A stretch of 64,000 nucleotides of DNA, taken from positions 248,001-312,000 of the forward strand of contig MU057615.1 of the NCBI GenBank assembly GCA_013265495.1. The letters run 5' to 3'. Position 1 is the first letter of the stretch. Each line of letters begins with the position of its first letter. Positions 51,645 through 64,000 of this stretch are shown in pieces. The position numbers and the translations under genes are program-made. The notes below the pieces were generated by a model. It was not told the origin of the DNA, made no database searches, and saw only the letters and a list, made by a program, of their open reading frames with translations. The DNA comes from Vicugna vicugna. Lineage: Eukaryota.

Positions 51645-54370
51645 TATAAGTAAAGAGGTGGGGTTAAAAAGCCAGTGGGGAGCACGTTTGGACACAAAGC
51701 AGCAGGCAGGAATTTATTTTCTGCACTGTGAGCAGAATTTATCATCATCAGAGCAGTAGTTTACGGGTTTTAGTGTTAACTTTGAACATGAAGAATGATG
51801 GGCCTTTCTTCCTATTTACAATTTATATGAAAACAGAGGAATTGGTTAAAAAGCTTAAGAATGACATAGTCTCTGTTTAGCTAAAATTTGTTATTACCTA
51901 AAATTTCAGAAAGTTCGTTCAGTGATTTTCTACCGAAGACTTCCTCCAAGTTCATTCAGAAACTGTTTGAGGTGACCCTACAAAAAAGACTAAGTGATCA
52001 AGCCAAAAATGGACCTATGAATGGATGCCCACACTGTACACTGAAGCTGGAGAGAAAGGGCCCCCTGTGTGCTGCACAATGAGCAAACGCTCTTTCTGCT
52101 GGCCTCAGACCTGTGCTGAGGACGCTTAGTGATGGTTTCCAGCCCTGCACTTAATACTCAAGCACTTTGTGTAATCACATAGCAACGCTTTCTTTATAAT
52201 CCCTTTGCTTTCCCTAGACATACCTGGTAACCTTTGTTCTAACCCTGGTGCATTTTCAGTTAGTATATCAAAAGGCACTAGCTTAAGCTGTGACATTTTA
52301 GAAACTTTTGAGTTGGAAGTATTTTTTCTAAAGATACTCCTGTGACTTGACCTCAGGACCCTTAGTGGAGGAAGAGAGTATTTTATTTGAGATTCAACTC
52401 AAAGCATTACATGTTCTTGCTACTTGAATAGCTGATTCTGAGAGTCTGGTCCATTTTGTTACAATGACTTCAATTTTCTACCTCGAGACTATTAAAGTTA
52501 CTTCCTCTGAGTAATGGCGGTAGACACAGATCTTCACACAAAGACAGAAGAGGTCAGAGCTGAGTCAGAAGTTAAGTATCCTCACTTTGCTAACACGCTT
52601 TTGGGTATGCAGGCAAAGAACAGAAACGTTTGGACTTGCTTCCAGGTGAAATAGAAGCAGTTTACACGTTTATAATAATCTATATGGAGAACTAGAACCT
52701 ATGTCTATTTCATGCTTATTTTTATTTTTATTCTGTACTTCCAAGGTTACGAATAAAATTCAGATCATTTACTATTTTGTTATCAAGTAACTTTTAAAGC
52801 AAATATTTATTTTTCAGATGATGTTTTTCCTTCCCCAGTAAAGCCAGATACTGAGGGTTTTAACACATTTCTCCTTCTCTTAACATTTGGTAGTTGTTAG
52901 AACACTAAAATGAATAGGCATCATCATATTTTAAAAGCATTCTTTTAGGTCCTTCTTCCTTAAATCATGGTATGGAAATACACAAGTTTGGATTTTTCTA
53001 ATTTATTTAACTAGATATTTCCCATTTGTATTAATTTTGCCATTATTTTGCAAAATATTTTGCAATTATTTAGGAACTTTTCAAATTAATTTCTCTACCT
53101 TAGAATACTGTCTTAAAGTAATTAAAATGTTGCCTTCCTTACACTTTGCTGAGATAATTTTTCTGATGTTTTTGCTTAAGAATAATCAATTAGTCCCTTT
53201 CACTCTATTTCCCTTCCATTCACATGTTTGTTTACTTGTTTTAAATGGTAATTAAATTGATTTTCCTGAAACTAAACCATGTGGTCAAACAAATCCAGAA
53301 TTTGAAATAACTTTATAAGTCCATTATTCCTCATCATTAGAAAAGAATATGCAGATTTTGTAAAACATTTATATATGGAATGTTGCAAGTTTCAGATGAG
53401 CTTATAAGACTGAGAAGAAAGCAGCTGGTTCTTCAAAAAAACTATTTTCCCCTAAATTTTGTTAGTGTTGATGTCATTTGCTTCAGTCCATGTTTGGTTC
53501 AACGTGCACTTATTGTAGAGAAGTGTGTCTTGTAAGCAGTAAGCAGAGAAGATGGATTTGATCTCAGAGCCGGCTAACTCGTTTACAGAATTGATCATTG
53601 GAGACAAGATGGTCCTTCAACTTTCATCTTTCTCATCAGAGATACAGCCCTGGGAAAAGCACGGTGTCCAAAAGGAAATGAAAGACTTTCTCTGTTGAGA
53701 TTTCGAAGTTAAAAAAAAAAAAAAGGCTGGTGTGGAGACTGGTCCTCTATGGGATAACACCTAAAATTTAGTCCACCTGCCAATTTGAAATGAATCACTG
53801 TCCTCTCCCTGCTCCGGAGGGCAGGAGGCTTACGGGTACCATCTGCATCCTGGGAAGCAGCTGTGCGAGAGCCACTGGAGACAGCCTTCACCTATCAGAA
53901 ACTCTGAGTTGGGGCTGTGAGGACGGAAAGTCCTTGTCATCATCAACCACTCTCTGTTGTCTTTCTGCGTGCACGAAACATTTCTTCTTACAGAGACACA
54001 TCTGTTTATCTTCTGCAGACCCGACCTCATGACTCCTCTCTTCTCTCTACCTCCTTTGTTGCCGCAGGTTTTTCATCTGTCCTTCTAGAATGGATGAGAC
54101 AACCATCTTAGTGTTGTCATATTTTGATTAACCTACTTTATCTTCTCAGCTCCTAATAGGATCAGACAAATGCTGCTGAGAGTGTATCTTTCAAAAGTGA
54201 GTTATAAACACCAAGCCTTTGCAGAGCAGCTTAAAAATTTTAAAGGACACATTAAAGTTTTACTCCTAGTTGCCATGAAAGTAGAGTTAATCAACCTTGA
54301 AATCTGTGGCTTTCGAGTAGGTATCAACTTGTTTTCAGATGAACAACAATGTGAACAAAATTCTTGGATT

Positions 54371-54964
54371 TGAGACAGGAGGGAGGAGGGTCAGGACATA
54401 ACCATTTAAAGAATGACACAGCAATTAGCACCAAGATTCAACTCCCAGGAGACCTTGAGCTTCATTATACATGCACTGAAATACAATCGCACGCTAAACG
54501 CTACTCCCACACGTGCCATGACAGTCCTAAGGCTGACCATAAAAGGTCATAAAATGGGCAGTGGCCCAGGTCCTGGGCATCCCAGCCCCTTCCCCGAAGT
54601 GGGAGTAATCCATCCACTTGTCAGCACATGAAGTCACCAAGCCCAGAAAAACTAACAGCTCCATGCCTTGTGGCCTCTCTCTTGCCTTTTGAGACGGGCC
54701 GCACTCTGTCTCTGGAGTACGGATCTGCTCTTGCTTTAAACTAAACCACCCCCACCCCTCGTGGCCTCTCGGGCCTCCTGAGGCGGCCCACACTCAGTCT
54801 GTGGAGCATGTATCTCTCTAAGGAAACTTTTACTCTACTATCACTCGCTCTTGAATCCTTTTCTGTGTGAAGCCAGGGACCCTCACTTGGTGGGATGCGT
54901 CCCAGGGATTTGCCTGGGACCCACGACATGGCCATCCTCTTATGCCCCATTTTTTTCTGTATCA
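54371..54964 (+). mobile_element. MER41-like ERV1 solo LTR with perfect 4-bp TSD
   Basis: TGAGACAGG...CTGTATCA. GATT at 54367-54370 and 54965-54968. MER41-type motifs CTCCCAC..GCCATGACAGT and CTCGCTCTTGAATCCTTTTCTGTGTGAAGCCAGGGACCC. Confidence 0.9.
54590..54598 (+). promoter_or_regulatory. GAS (STAT) motif TTCCCCGAA within the LTR
   Basis: Exact TTCNNNGAA match at the position where MER41 elements carry tandem GAS sites. Function untested. Confidence 0.5.
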
Positions 54965-55659
54965 GATTGACTATGTTATAATAAAGCTTATGGATCTAAT
55001 CTAATTCATAAAATGAAATCTTTTTTAGATGCTGCCTTTTAGATGCTAGAGTAAGAACATCCTATGAACTTCCAAAGCTGTTTTCTCAGGCATGATCAGT
55101 TTCTTTAACTTCATCCAGATCCCTGATTGCTGCGGGCTTCTGCTGCCCTCAGTGAGTCCCAAGGGGCACTTACTCTGCTTAACCCGCTCTGGTCTAGCAG
55201 CGCTAGTCCTGCTTTGGCCATTGTGGTCCTGAGTAAGGCTTTTCCACCAATCCTGGAACCTTCTGAATGTGTTCCTCTAAAGCAGAGATGCTTTTCTTGG
55301 CATTCATGGATTTTCTCTCCAACGTATAATCCACAGACAGAACTTGGGAGAATCTTTGAACTCAAACAGAAAAGGAACTTCATCTTTGTTTTCACTAACT
55401 TTTAATTAGAATTCAATGCCTTTCCATTTGGAATGAAAGCCTAAGCTACAGTAGTTCATTAATAAAAATCATAGATAGTCTCACATCACATTACACTGAC
55501 TGCAGGAATCTCAGAGTGGCATCTTCACTCCTTACTACGTCGAAATTGCTGTAGATATTGGGCTCACTGCTAGATCTTGTAATTTAATGCATTACTAGAG
55601 ATGCACATATATTACTATATTGGAGTTTATTACTAATATCATCAGTCACATCAATATGA

Positions 55660-56560
55660 TTTTTTAATTGAAGTATAGTCAGTTACAATGTGTTGATTTC
55701 TAATGTACAGCATAATGTCCCAGTCATGCATGTACATATATTTGTCTTCGTATTCTTTTTCATTAAAGGTTATTATAAGTTATTGATTATAGTCCCTTGT
55801 GCTGTACAGAAGAAATTTGCTTTTTATCTGTTTTTATACATAGTGGTTAACATTTGCAAATCTCAAACACCTAAATTTATCCCTTCCCAACCCCTTTCTC
55901 CTGGTAACCATAAGATTGTTTACTATGTATGTGAGTCTGTTTCTGTTATGTAGATTAGTTCATTAGTGTCCTCTTTTTCCTTTTCCTTTTTTTTCCTTAG
56001 ATGTCACATATGAGTGATTTTGTATGGTACTTTTCTTTCTCTTTCTGCCTTACTTCAATTAGGACAACGATCTCCAAGTCAATCTTTGTTGCTGCAAATG
56101 CCATTCTTTTATTTTTTATGGCTGAGTAGTACTCCATTTTATAAATATACCACAGCTTATTTATCCAGTCATCTATCAATGGACATTTAGGCTGCTTCCA
56201 TGTCTTGGCTGTTGTAAATAGTGCTGCTATGAACATTGGGGTGCATGTATCTTTTTGAATTAGAGTTCCCTTTGGATATATGCCCAGGGGTGGGATTGCT
56301 GGGATCATATGGTAAATCTAAGTTTAGTTTTTTGAGGAATCTCCATACTATTTTCCATAATGACTGCACCAAACGACATTCCCACCAGCAGTGTAGGAGG
56401 GTTCCCTTTTCTCCACAGCCTCTCCAGCATTTATCATCTGTGGACTTTTGAACGATGGCCATTTTGGTGGGAGGTAATACCTCATTGTTAGTTTTGACTT
56501 GCATTTTGCTGATAACTAGTGATACTGAGCATTTTTTCATGTGCCTGTTGGCCATTTGTG
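55660..56560 (-). mobile_element. L1 3' end (3'UTR plus ORF2 C-terminus)
   Basis: [36 protein letters not shown] and [24 protein letters not shown]. Confidence 0.95.
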
Positions 56561-57439
56561 TTTTCTTAATAATTATATTATTCTATTCCTTTTAAAAAAA
56601 AACAAGGTGCAAACAAGATTAAGCATGTTGTCACTAAAGCATTCCATGGATTCTTGTGTATTTTCTAATTCTACCCACAACAATATTTGGGAATGTGAAC
56701 TCTTGTGCTCTGCTCTCTGGTTTACATTCAACCTCTTTCTTTCAGTTTACAGATAACTACATGGTTTCTCCCCTCTTGCAGATCTCCCATGCTTCACCCC
56801 ACGACATTCTAATCCTTCCATTTCATATCTCTTTGTAAGTAATGTCACATCCACTTGTGTTCTTTTTCTTGATTCTTTTTCTTGTTCTTTTTCTTGATTC
56901 TCATGGTCTTTTCAGTGCTGTTCAGCTGAACCATAGATTAACCATGTTCTAGAATGAGTTGTACAATGCCAAGATTTATAAAATTAAATGTGAGGAAGAC
57001 AACATGAAATTACAAATATTTGTCCACTATTATTTTCCCATAAATTACCAATAAATAAAAAAAGACAATCAACTTTTTTAACTAAAAAGGAGAATTTTTT
57101 CCACAGATTATATTTATTTTCTTGAATAAACCCCCGACGTATCTGTATCTGCCTTAAATCAAACAATTGACCACAAGCCCAAACACTGAGAAAAAAAGAA
57201 TTTTGACATTGTCAGGGGTTTTAAAAAATAGCTAGTAATCCCAGTATCACACTGGCAATTTTATTTTAAAATGGTAGCTCAGATAAAGGGCAGTGCTTCA
57301 GAAAGCAGAAAAAAAAAATGCAGTGATGGAATTTCAGGCATTAACTTAAGTCCTCACTGTTGAAATAATAATATTAAAAGTAATTTCCTTCCCAATATAT
57401 TTAGAACACTATCTAATCAAAGAAAAATTGGAGATATAA

Positions 57440-58316
57440 CAGGATTTCTGAATGTGATAATGATGGGCTATATAATGCAGATATATCTCTCTCATTACAA
57501 ATTAAAATAAAATTGCTTGCATATTTTGTGGAGATAACAAGACATTGATGACATGAAGGGTCAAGTTCTGGGAAAGGGAAAAATCCAGAAGGATGGTCAT
57601 TGGGGCTTGTCTTCTGCTATGGGTATCATCAGGTTTTGAAGAAGCATCTGAGAGGATTAGGGGAAAAGCCCTTTGACAGTCTCATGAATCCAAAGACAAA
57701 ACTAGTCTAAGCCCACCAAGGGCTCAGCCAGGCAAACACGCTGTATTCTGAGTCCTATCCCAAAGAGGTGTATCCTAGGAGAAAGGATAAACTAAAGATA
57801 GTCTGACCCTCCAGACTCTGAATCCCACCTCCAAAATCATGTCAATCTTGAAGTCAGATGATGTGGACCCAGGATTGCTGTGTTTCTAGCTATTTTCCAG
57901 AATCAAATGTAAACCCTCTCCAAGTGACTGTTGTCTCAGGTCTCAAATTATGTTTATATATATTTTTTGATATTCAGTATCTGGAGTTAATAAAAAATGA
58001 ACACGCATAGAAAGAGAAATATATACGATGAACAACAAACTAGAGGAAAGCAGAGAACAGGCTGAGCAGGGGTTTGGATGATTCAGTTCTCACAGAAACT
58101 GCCAAAGACTGCCTCCTATTTTTATCTTTAAACCTTTAGTTCAAATAATTGAAATATAAAATATAATAATTTCAACAGTTAACTAGAAACAGTAGATTGA
58201 AAGTAAACTAAAAACAGAAACATCGAAATGGAAATTTAGGAACTCTGAAGAGAGAATTGGTAAACTAGAAGAGAGATCAGAATAAAAGTACCAAGGTAAA
58301 ATGTAGAAAAAGTACC
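57440..58316 (+). mobile_element. Highly degraded ancient L1 5'UTR/ORF1 remnant
   Basis: A-rich ORF1-like TGAAGAGAGAATTGGTAAACTAGAAGAGAGATCAGAA near 58245-58285. Left boundary uncertain. Confidence 0.5.
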
Positions 58317-59254
58317 AGCTTTTTTTCATGTGCCTATCAGTCATTTGTATCTCTTCATTGGAGAATTGCTTGTTTAGATCTTCTGCCCATTTTTGGATTG
58401 GGTTGTTTATTTTTTATTATAAAGTTGTATGAGCTGTTTATGTATTCTGGAAATTAAGCCCTTGTCAGTCTCATCTTTTGCAATTATTTTCTCCCATTCT
58501 ATAGGTTGTCTTTTTGTTTTGCTTATGGTTTCCTTTGCTGTACAAAAGCGTCTAAGTTTAACTAGGTCCCATTTGTTTATTTTTGTTTTTATTTCTATTG
58601 CCTGGGAGACTGCCCGAGGAGAACATTGCTGAGATGTGTGTGAGATAATGTTTTGCCTATATTTTCTTCTCCGAGGTTTGTAGTGTCTTGTCTTATGTTT
58701 GAGTGTTTAAGCCATTGTGAGTTTATTTTTGTGTATGTTATGAGGGAGTAGTCTAACTTTATTGACTTACATGCAGCTGTCCAGTTATCCCAACACCGTT
58801 TTCTGAAGAGACTGTCTTTACTTCATTGTATGTTCTTACCTCCTTGATCAAAGATTAATTGACCAAAGTTTTGTGGGTTTATTTCTGGGCTTTCTATTCT
58901 GTTCTGTTGATCCATATGTCTGCTTTTGTCCTAATACCAGGCTCTTTTGTTTACTGTAGCTCTGTAGTAGCCTAAACTCTGGGAGGGTTATTCCTCCAGC
59001 TTGGTTTTTTTTCTTCAGTAATGCTTTGGCAACTCTGGGTCTTTTGTGATTACATATAAATTTTAGAATTATTTGTTTTAGTTCTGTGAAAAATGTCGTG
59101 GGTAATTTGATAGGGATTGCATTAATCTGATTGCCTGGGGCACTGTGTCCATTTAAACAATATTAATTCTTCCAATCCAAGAACATGGGATGTCTTTCCC
59201 TTTGTTTAAGTCATCCTTAATTTCCTTAGTCAGTGTTTTGTGGTTCTCCATGTA
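58317..59254 (-). mobile_element. Internal L1 ORF2 fragment with no 3'UTR attached
   Basis: Collinear with 27665-28590 of the 3.2-kb L1 in this window. Confidence 0.93.
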
Positions 59255-59324
59255 GGGCATGTCACAGGCAGGGTGGCATTAAGTTGACAGCAACAACTGA
59301 AAGGTGGGATTGTTCTCCACCACA

Positions 59325-62257
59325 TGTTTTAAACTTTGTATTTTGAAATGATTATAGATTTCAAAAATCCTACATAGTCTTATATCATCTTCCTCACACT
59401 TGCCCCAGTGGTAAAACCTTACATAAATGAAATAAAATAACAAAACCAGAAAATTGATACTGGAACAGTATTGGTAAGTAGAATACAAACCTTATTCATT
59501 GCTCACCTTTTAAAAAATCTACTCATTCATGTGTATGTTTGTATATTTCTATGAAGTTTGATCACACACACAGATACGTGTAACCTCCACCAAAGTCAAG
59601 ATCAAAACTTTTCTGTTCCTTGAAAGGAACTCCCTCCTGTTACTTCTTTATATTCACACCATGCATCAACATCCCCACCTCCAGCCCTGCCCTCAGCAAC
59701 CACTAATCTGCCTCTGCCTCTACAGTCTTGTCACTTGGAGAAGGTTATATAAATATTATCATAAATAGTATGCAGCCTATAGAGTAATTATCTTTACTAT
59801 ATTGAGTCTTCCAATTTATTAACACATCATGTCTTTTAATTTATTTAGATTTGCTTTGATTTCTTTCACCAGACTGACTTTTTTCACAAAGCATAAAGCA
59901 CAGAGTATGAATCAATAGTTCGTTCCTTTTCATTACCAAGTAGTATTCCATTGTTGGGATGTAGCAGCTTTCAGTTAGCCACTCACTCTTTAAAGGTCAC
60001 CTGTGTTGTCTCTGGGTTATTTTGCCATTATAAATAGAGCTGTTTTGAGTAACTATTATGAACATTTATGCACAGATTTTTATGTAAACATAGTTTTTAT
60101 TTCTCTGCTACAAATTGTCAAGAATGTGACTTCTGGGTAAAATGGTAAATTGCTGGATAATATGGTAAATATGGTAATGTGGAAAATATGTTTATTTTTT
60201 CAAACAGCCTTTTTTAGATATCATTCACATACCATACCCATTTAAAATGTACAGCTCAATGGTTTTAGTATATTGACAGATATGGGCAGTGATCTCCACA
60301 GTCAGAGGCAGTTTTCATTACCTCACTAAGTAACTCTGTACCTTCTGCTACCACTGCTTGTCCCCATCTCCCCTCCACCTCTCAGAAACCTCTAAACTGC
60401 TTTATGTTTCTCTAGATTTGCTTATTCTTGGCTTTCATGTGAATGAAATCATACAATATTTGAAATTTTATGCCTATCATTTTTCACTTAGCATAACGTT
60501 TTTAAGTTACATCCAGTTTGTTACATGCATGTGTAATTTGTTCCTTTTTATAATTGAGTAATATTCCATTGTATGGATATATTACATTTTATCTATTCAT
60601 TTGTTGGTGGATATTTCAGTTGAGTTTATTTTCAGCTATTGTGAATAATACTGTCATAAACCATTGTGTAGACATTTTTGTGTGGACATCTGTTTTCATT
60701 TCTTTTAGGTATACACCTAGGAGTGAAATGCTTGGGGCATATATTAACATTATGTTTAATCATTTGAAGAACTCTCAAATTGTTTTCTAAAGCAACAGTT
60801 GCTTTTTTGTTTGTTTTTTCACTATTGAATTTTGAGTGATTTTTACATATTCTAGATATAAGATTTTGTCAGATATGTATATATTGCAAAAAGTTTCTCC
60901 TGGCTTGTACCTTTTGTCCATCTGATTTATAGGATTTTCATAGAGCAAAGTTTTTATTTTGATGAAATTCAATTATCATTTTTTATCATCTGTGGAGCTT
61001 ATTTTTTATATTACGCTTTATATTTGTCTTAGGTCACAATGATTTCCCTCTATCTTTTCTTCTAAAAATTAAAAAATTTACATTTAAATCCATTTAAAGT
61101 TAACTTTTATGCCTTGCATAAATTTCAGGTCACAGTTTTGTTGTTGTTGTTGTTTTGGTTTTTTTTTTTTTTTTTTTTTTTAAACTAAGGATGTCTCCTG
61201 TACCTTGTATTGAAAAGGTTATCATTCCTCCATTGACTTGCTTTTGCCCCTTTGTCAAAAATTATTCAGACATATTTAAGATTATTTCTAGAGTCTCTCT
61301 TGATTTATGTGTCTCCCCTCTGTCAATAGACCACTGTCTTGATTACTGTAGCTATAAAGTAAATCTCAGCATTGAGTAGAGTGCTTCCTGTCACTTTATT
61401 CTTCTTTTTCCAAAATTGTTTTAGTTATTTCAGTTCCTTTCCCTTTTCATATTAATTTTAGTATAAGCTTGTCTATATCTACAAAGGAATCTTTCTGGGA
61501 TTTTGACAGAAACTAAGAAAAACTGACATCTTTAACATGAGTTTTTCAATCCAGGGATACATACCTCTCCATTTATTAAGATCCTCTCTCAGATCTTTAG
61601 TTAGTGCTTTGTAAGTTTCAGCATTCAGATTCTATGTGTTTTGTTAGATGTATCTTTTTTCAGTGATTATAAACATCATTGTTTTAAATTTTCTTTTCCA
61701 CAAGTACACTGCTAGTAGGTCCAAATAAGATGGATTTTTATGTGTTGGTCTTGTATCCTATACCCTGTGTCCTGGCTCAACTCACTTCCTGTAGTTTCTT
61801 TGGGATTTTGTATGTAGACAATTACACTTTTATTTGTTTCTTTCCAATCTGCATCACTTCGATTTCCTTGTTTTGCCTGCCTGGTTAGAACTTCCAGCAC
61901 TGTGTTGAGTAACAGTGGTGAGAGAGGACACCCTTGCCTTGTTCTTGATATTAAAGAAAGAACACTTAGTCTTTCTCCATAAATTATGTCATCAGATACA
62001 ATGTTTCTGTATTCTTCATTAAGTTGAGGATACATTCCTCTCTTTCTAGTTTTCAAAGAGTCTCTATCACAAATGAGTGTTAACTTCTGTTTAAAGGTTT
62101 TCTGCAGTGATGGACATGATGTACTTTTCCTTTTTAGCCTGCTTATATGGTAGACTGCAGTGGCTGATTTTGAGATGTTGTACTGTTACTAGAATGAACC
62201 CCATTTCAAAATGCTTCATAGTCGTTTTTAAAATAAATTACTCAGTTCAATTTGCTA
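59325..62257 (-). mobile_element. L1MC-like 3'UTR plus ORF2, with a nested L1 at about 60195-60790
   Basis: TTTGTATTTTGAAATGATTATAGATT terminus. ORF2 remnant TRQGCPLSPLLLNTVLEVL at 61712-62056. Confidence 0.85.
60195..60790 (-). mobile_element. Nested L1MB-like 3' end
   Basis: New 3' terminus AACAGCCTTTTTTAGATATCATTCACATACCATA...TTAAAATGTACAGCTCAATGG. Confidence 0.7.
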
Positions 62258-62935
62258 TTTTAAAAAATTGTGGTAAAATACACAAGATAAAATTTTAAAC
62301 ATTTTTACATGTAAAGTTCAGTGGTGTTAAGTACATTCACATTGTTGAACAATCAATCTCCACAACTCTTTTCATCTTGAGGGAACTCAAAATCTATACA
62401 CATAAAATAACAACTCCCCATTCTCTGCCATCCCCAATCCATGGCAACCATTGTCTGTTCCAGCTGTATAAATCTGACTATTTTGGATACCTTATATAAG
62501 TAGAATCAGACTATTTTTTTTTATTGTTGTTACTGGCTTCTGTCACTGAGCATAATGTCATCAAGATTCACACATCATGTATTATGTGTCTGAATTCCCT
62601 TTCTTTTTAAGACAGAATGATTTTCCATTGCATGTATATACCACATTTTGTTTATCCATCCGTCAGTGGCCACATGGGTTGCTTCAACCCCTTGGCTATT
62701 GTGAATAATGCTACTATGAACATAGGTGTACAACTCTCTCTTCAGGACCCCACTTTCATTTCTTTTGGGTATGTACCCAGAAGTGAAATTGCTGGATCAA
62801 ATGGTAATTCATTTTTTAAGTTTTTGAGTTATCTCCATACTGTTTTCTATAGCAGCTGCATCATTTTACATTCCCACCAACAGTGCACAAGAGTTTCAAC
62901 TTCTCCATATTCTTGCCATTATTGTCTTTTTTATT
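62258..62935 (-). mobile_element. L1MA/MB-like 3' end
   Basis: TTAAAAAATTGTGGTAAAATACACAAGATAAAATTT...CATTCCCACCAACAGTGCACAAGAGTT. Confidence 0.85.
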
Positions 62936-63014
62936 GAATGAAAGATTCTTTAAATTTTATAGTGCTCTACAGTTTTCAAAAGTTTTACACACGTGATTTC
63001 ATATAATCCTGTAA

Positions 63015-63275
63015 TAACTTCTTTTCCCCACCACTATGTTGTCCTCCACTTTCCTCTCCCCACTGCTAACCACTGCTTTGTTCTGTATGTATGTGTCTAC
63101 TTCTTTTTTTGTTTTATTCACCAGTTTGTTGTATGTTTTAGATTCCACATATAAGTGATATCAAGCACCATTTTTCAATCTCTGATTTATTTCACTTAGC
63201 CTAATGCCTTCCAAATCCATCCATGTTGCTACAAATGGCAAAATTTTAACCTTTTTATGGTTGAGTAGTATTCTA

Positions 63276-63325
<50 letters not shown>

Positions 63326-64000
63326 GTGTATATATATGTGTGTGTGTGTATGTCTCACGTCTTTATCCATTCATCTGTCAGTGGGTCAGTGGGCACTTAG
63401 GTTGATTCCATATCTTAGCTATTGTAAATAATGTTGCAGTGGACATTGAGGTGCCTGTATCTTTTTGAAGTAGTAGTTTTTTGTTATTTTCTGATATATA
63501 CCCAGGAGTGGAATTGCCTCTAGGTTATACAGTAGTTCTACTTTCATTTTTGTGAGAAACCACCAAATGTTTTCCATAGTGGTTGCACCAATATACATTC
63601 CTACCACAGTGTACTAGGGTTCCTGTTTCTCTACATCCTTGCCAACATTTGTTATTTGATTTTTTATGATGATAGCCATTCTGACTAGTGTAAAGTAATA
63701 TCTCATTGTGGTTTTAATTTCCATTTCCCTGATGATTAGCAATATTGAGCATCTTTTCATGTCCCTGTTGGCTGTCTGCATTTCCTCTTTGGAAAAACGT
63801 CTATTCAGTTCTGCCCATTTTTCACTTGGGTTTTATTTTTGATGTTGAGTTGTACAAGCTGTTTATATATGTTGCACGTTAACCCCTTATATATCACATC
63901 ACTTGCAAATATCTTCTGCTTTTCTTTAGGTTGTCTTTTTGTTTTGTTGATGGTTTCCTTTGCAAAAGCTTTTAAGTTTAATTAAGTCCCATTTGTTTCA
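63015..64000 (-). mobile_element. L1 3' region (ORF2 C-terminus, partial 3'UTR); runs off the window end
   Basis: ILPFVATWMDLEGIRLSEINQ and AIPLLGIYQK. Confidence 0.9.
63276..63353. repeat. Compound (CA)n-(TA)n-(TG)n microsatellite
   Basis: Read directly; uninterrupted purine-pyrimidine alternation. Confidence 0.95.

Noticed and set aside
52514..52653. Short ATG ORF in good Kozak context (MAVDTDLHTK...)
   Set aside because: About 46 codons, no recognisable homology and no supporting promoter evidence.
53692..54110. Possible additional LTR upstream of the MER41-like element
   Set aside because: TG start is present, but I could not define a CA end, a TSD or a family match.

Overview
Mammalian nuclear DNA, very probably camelid (camel/alpaca/llama). 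The evidence is a Vic-1-type tRNA-derived SINE at 25.6 kb and several young L1 3' ends of the camelid type. I find no intact protein-coding gene, RNA gene or CRISPR-like array. Every ORF in the track that I can recognise is a degraded L1 ORF1/ORF2 remnant; the rest look like chance ORFs. The first ~21 kb is relatively GC-rich, mostly unique sequence with three ERV solo LTRs. From ~21.5 kb onward the window is AT-rich and dominated by L1 fragments of many ages, mostly on the minus strand and often nested. I cannot support a new biological system. The most notable signals are: (1) a tailless internal L1 ORF2 fragment with a target-site duplication and priming microhomology (15.6-16.1 kb), plus a second tailless candidate at 31-32.5 kb; (2) a very small twin-primed L1 at 16.7 kb; (3) a MER41-like solo LTR with a perfect TSD and an intact GAS/STAT motif (54.4-55.0 kb); (4) two L1 pieces that abut in consensus coordinates around 1.76 kb of non-matching DNA (56.5-58.3 kb); (5) a candidate + strand spliced non-coding unit at 4.2-5.1 kb. 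Repeat subfamily names come from recalled consensus similarity, not from a search. Boundaries without a TSD are approximate.
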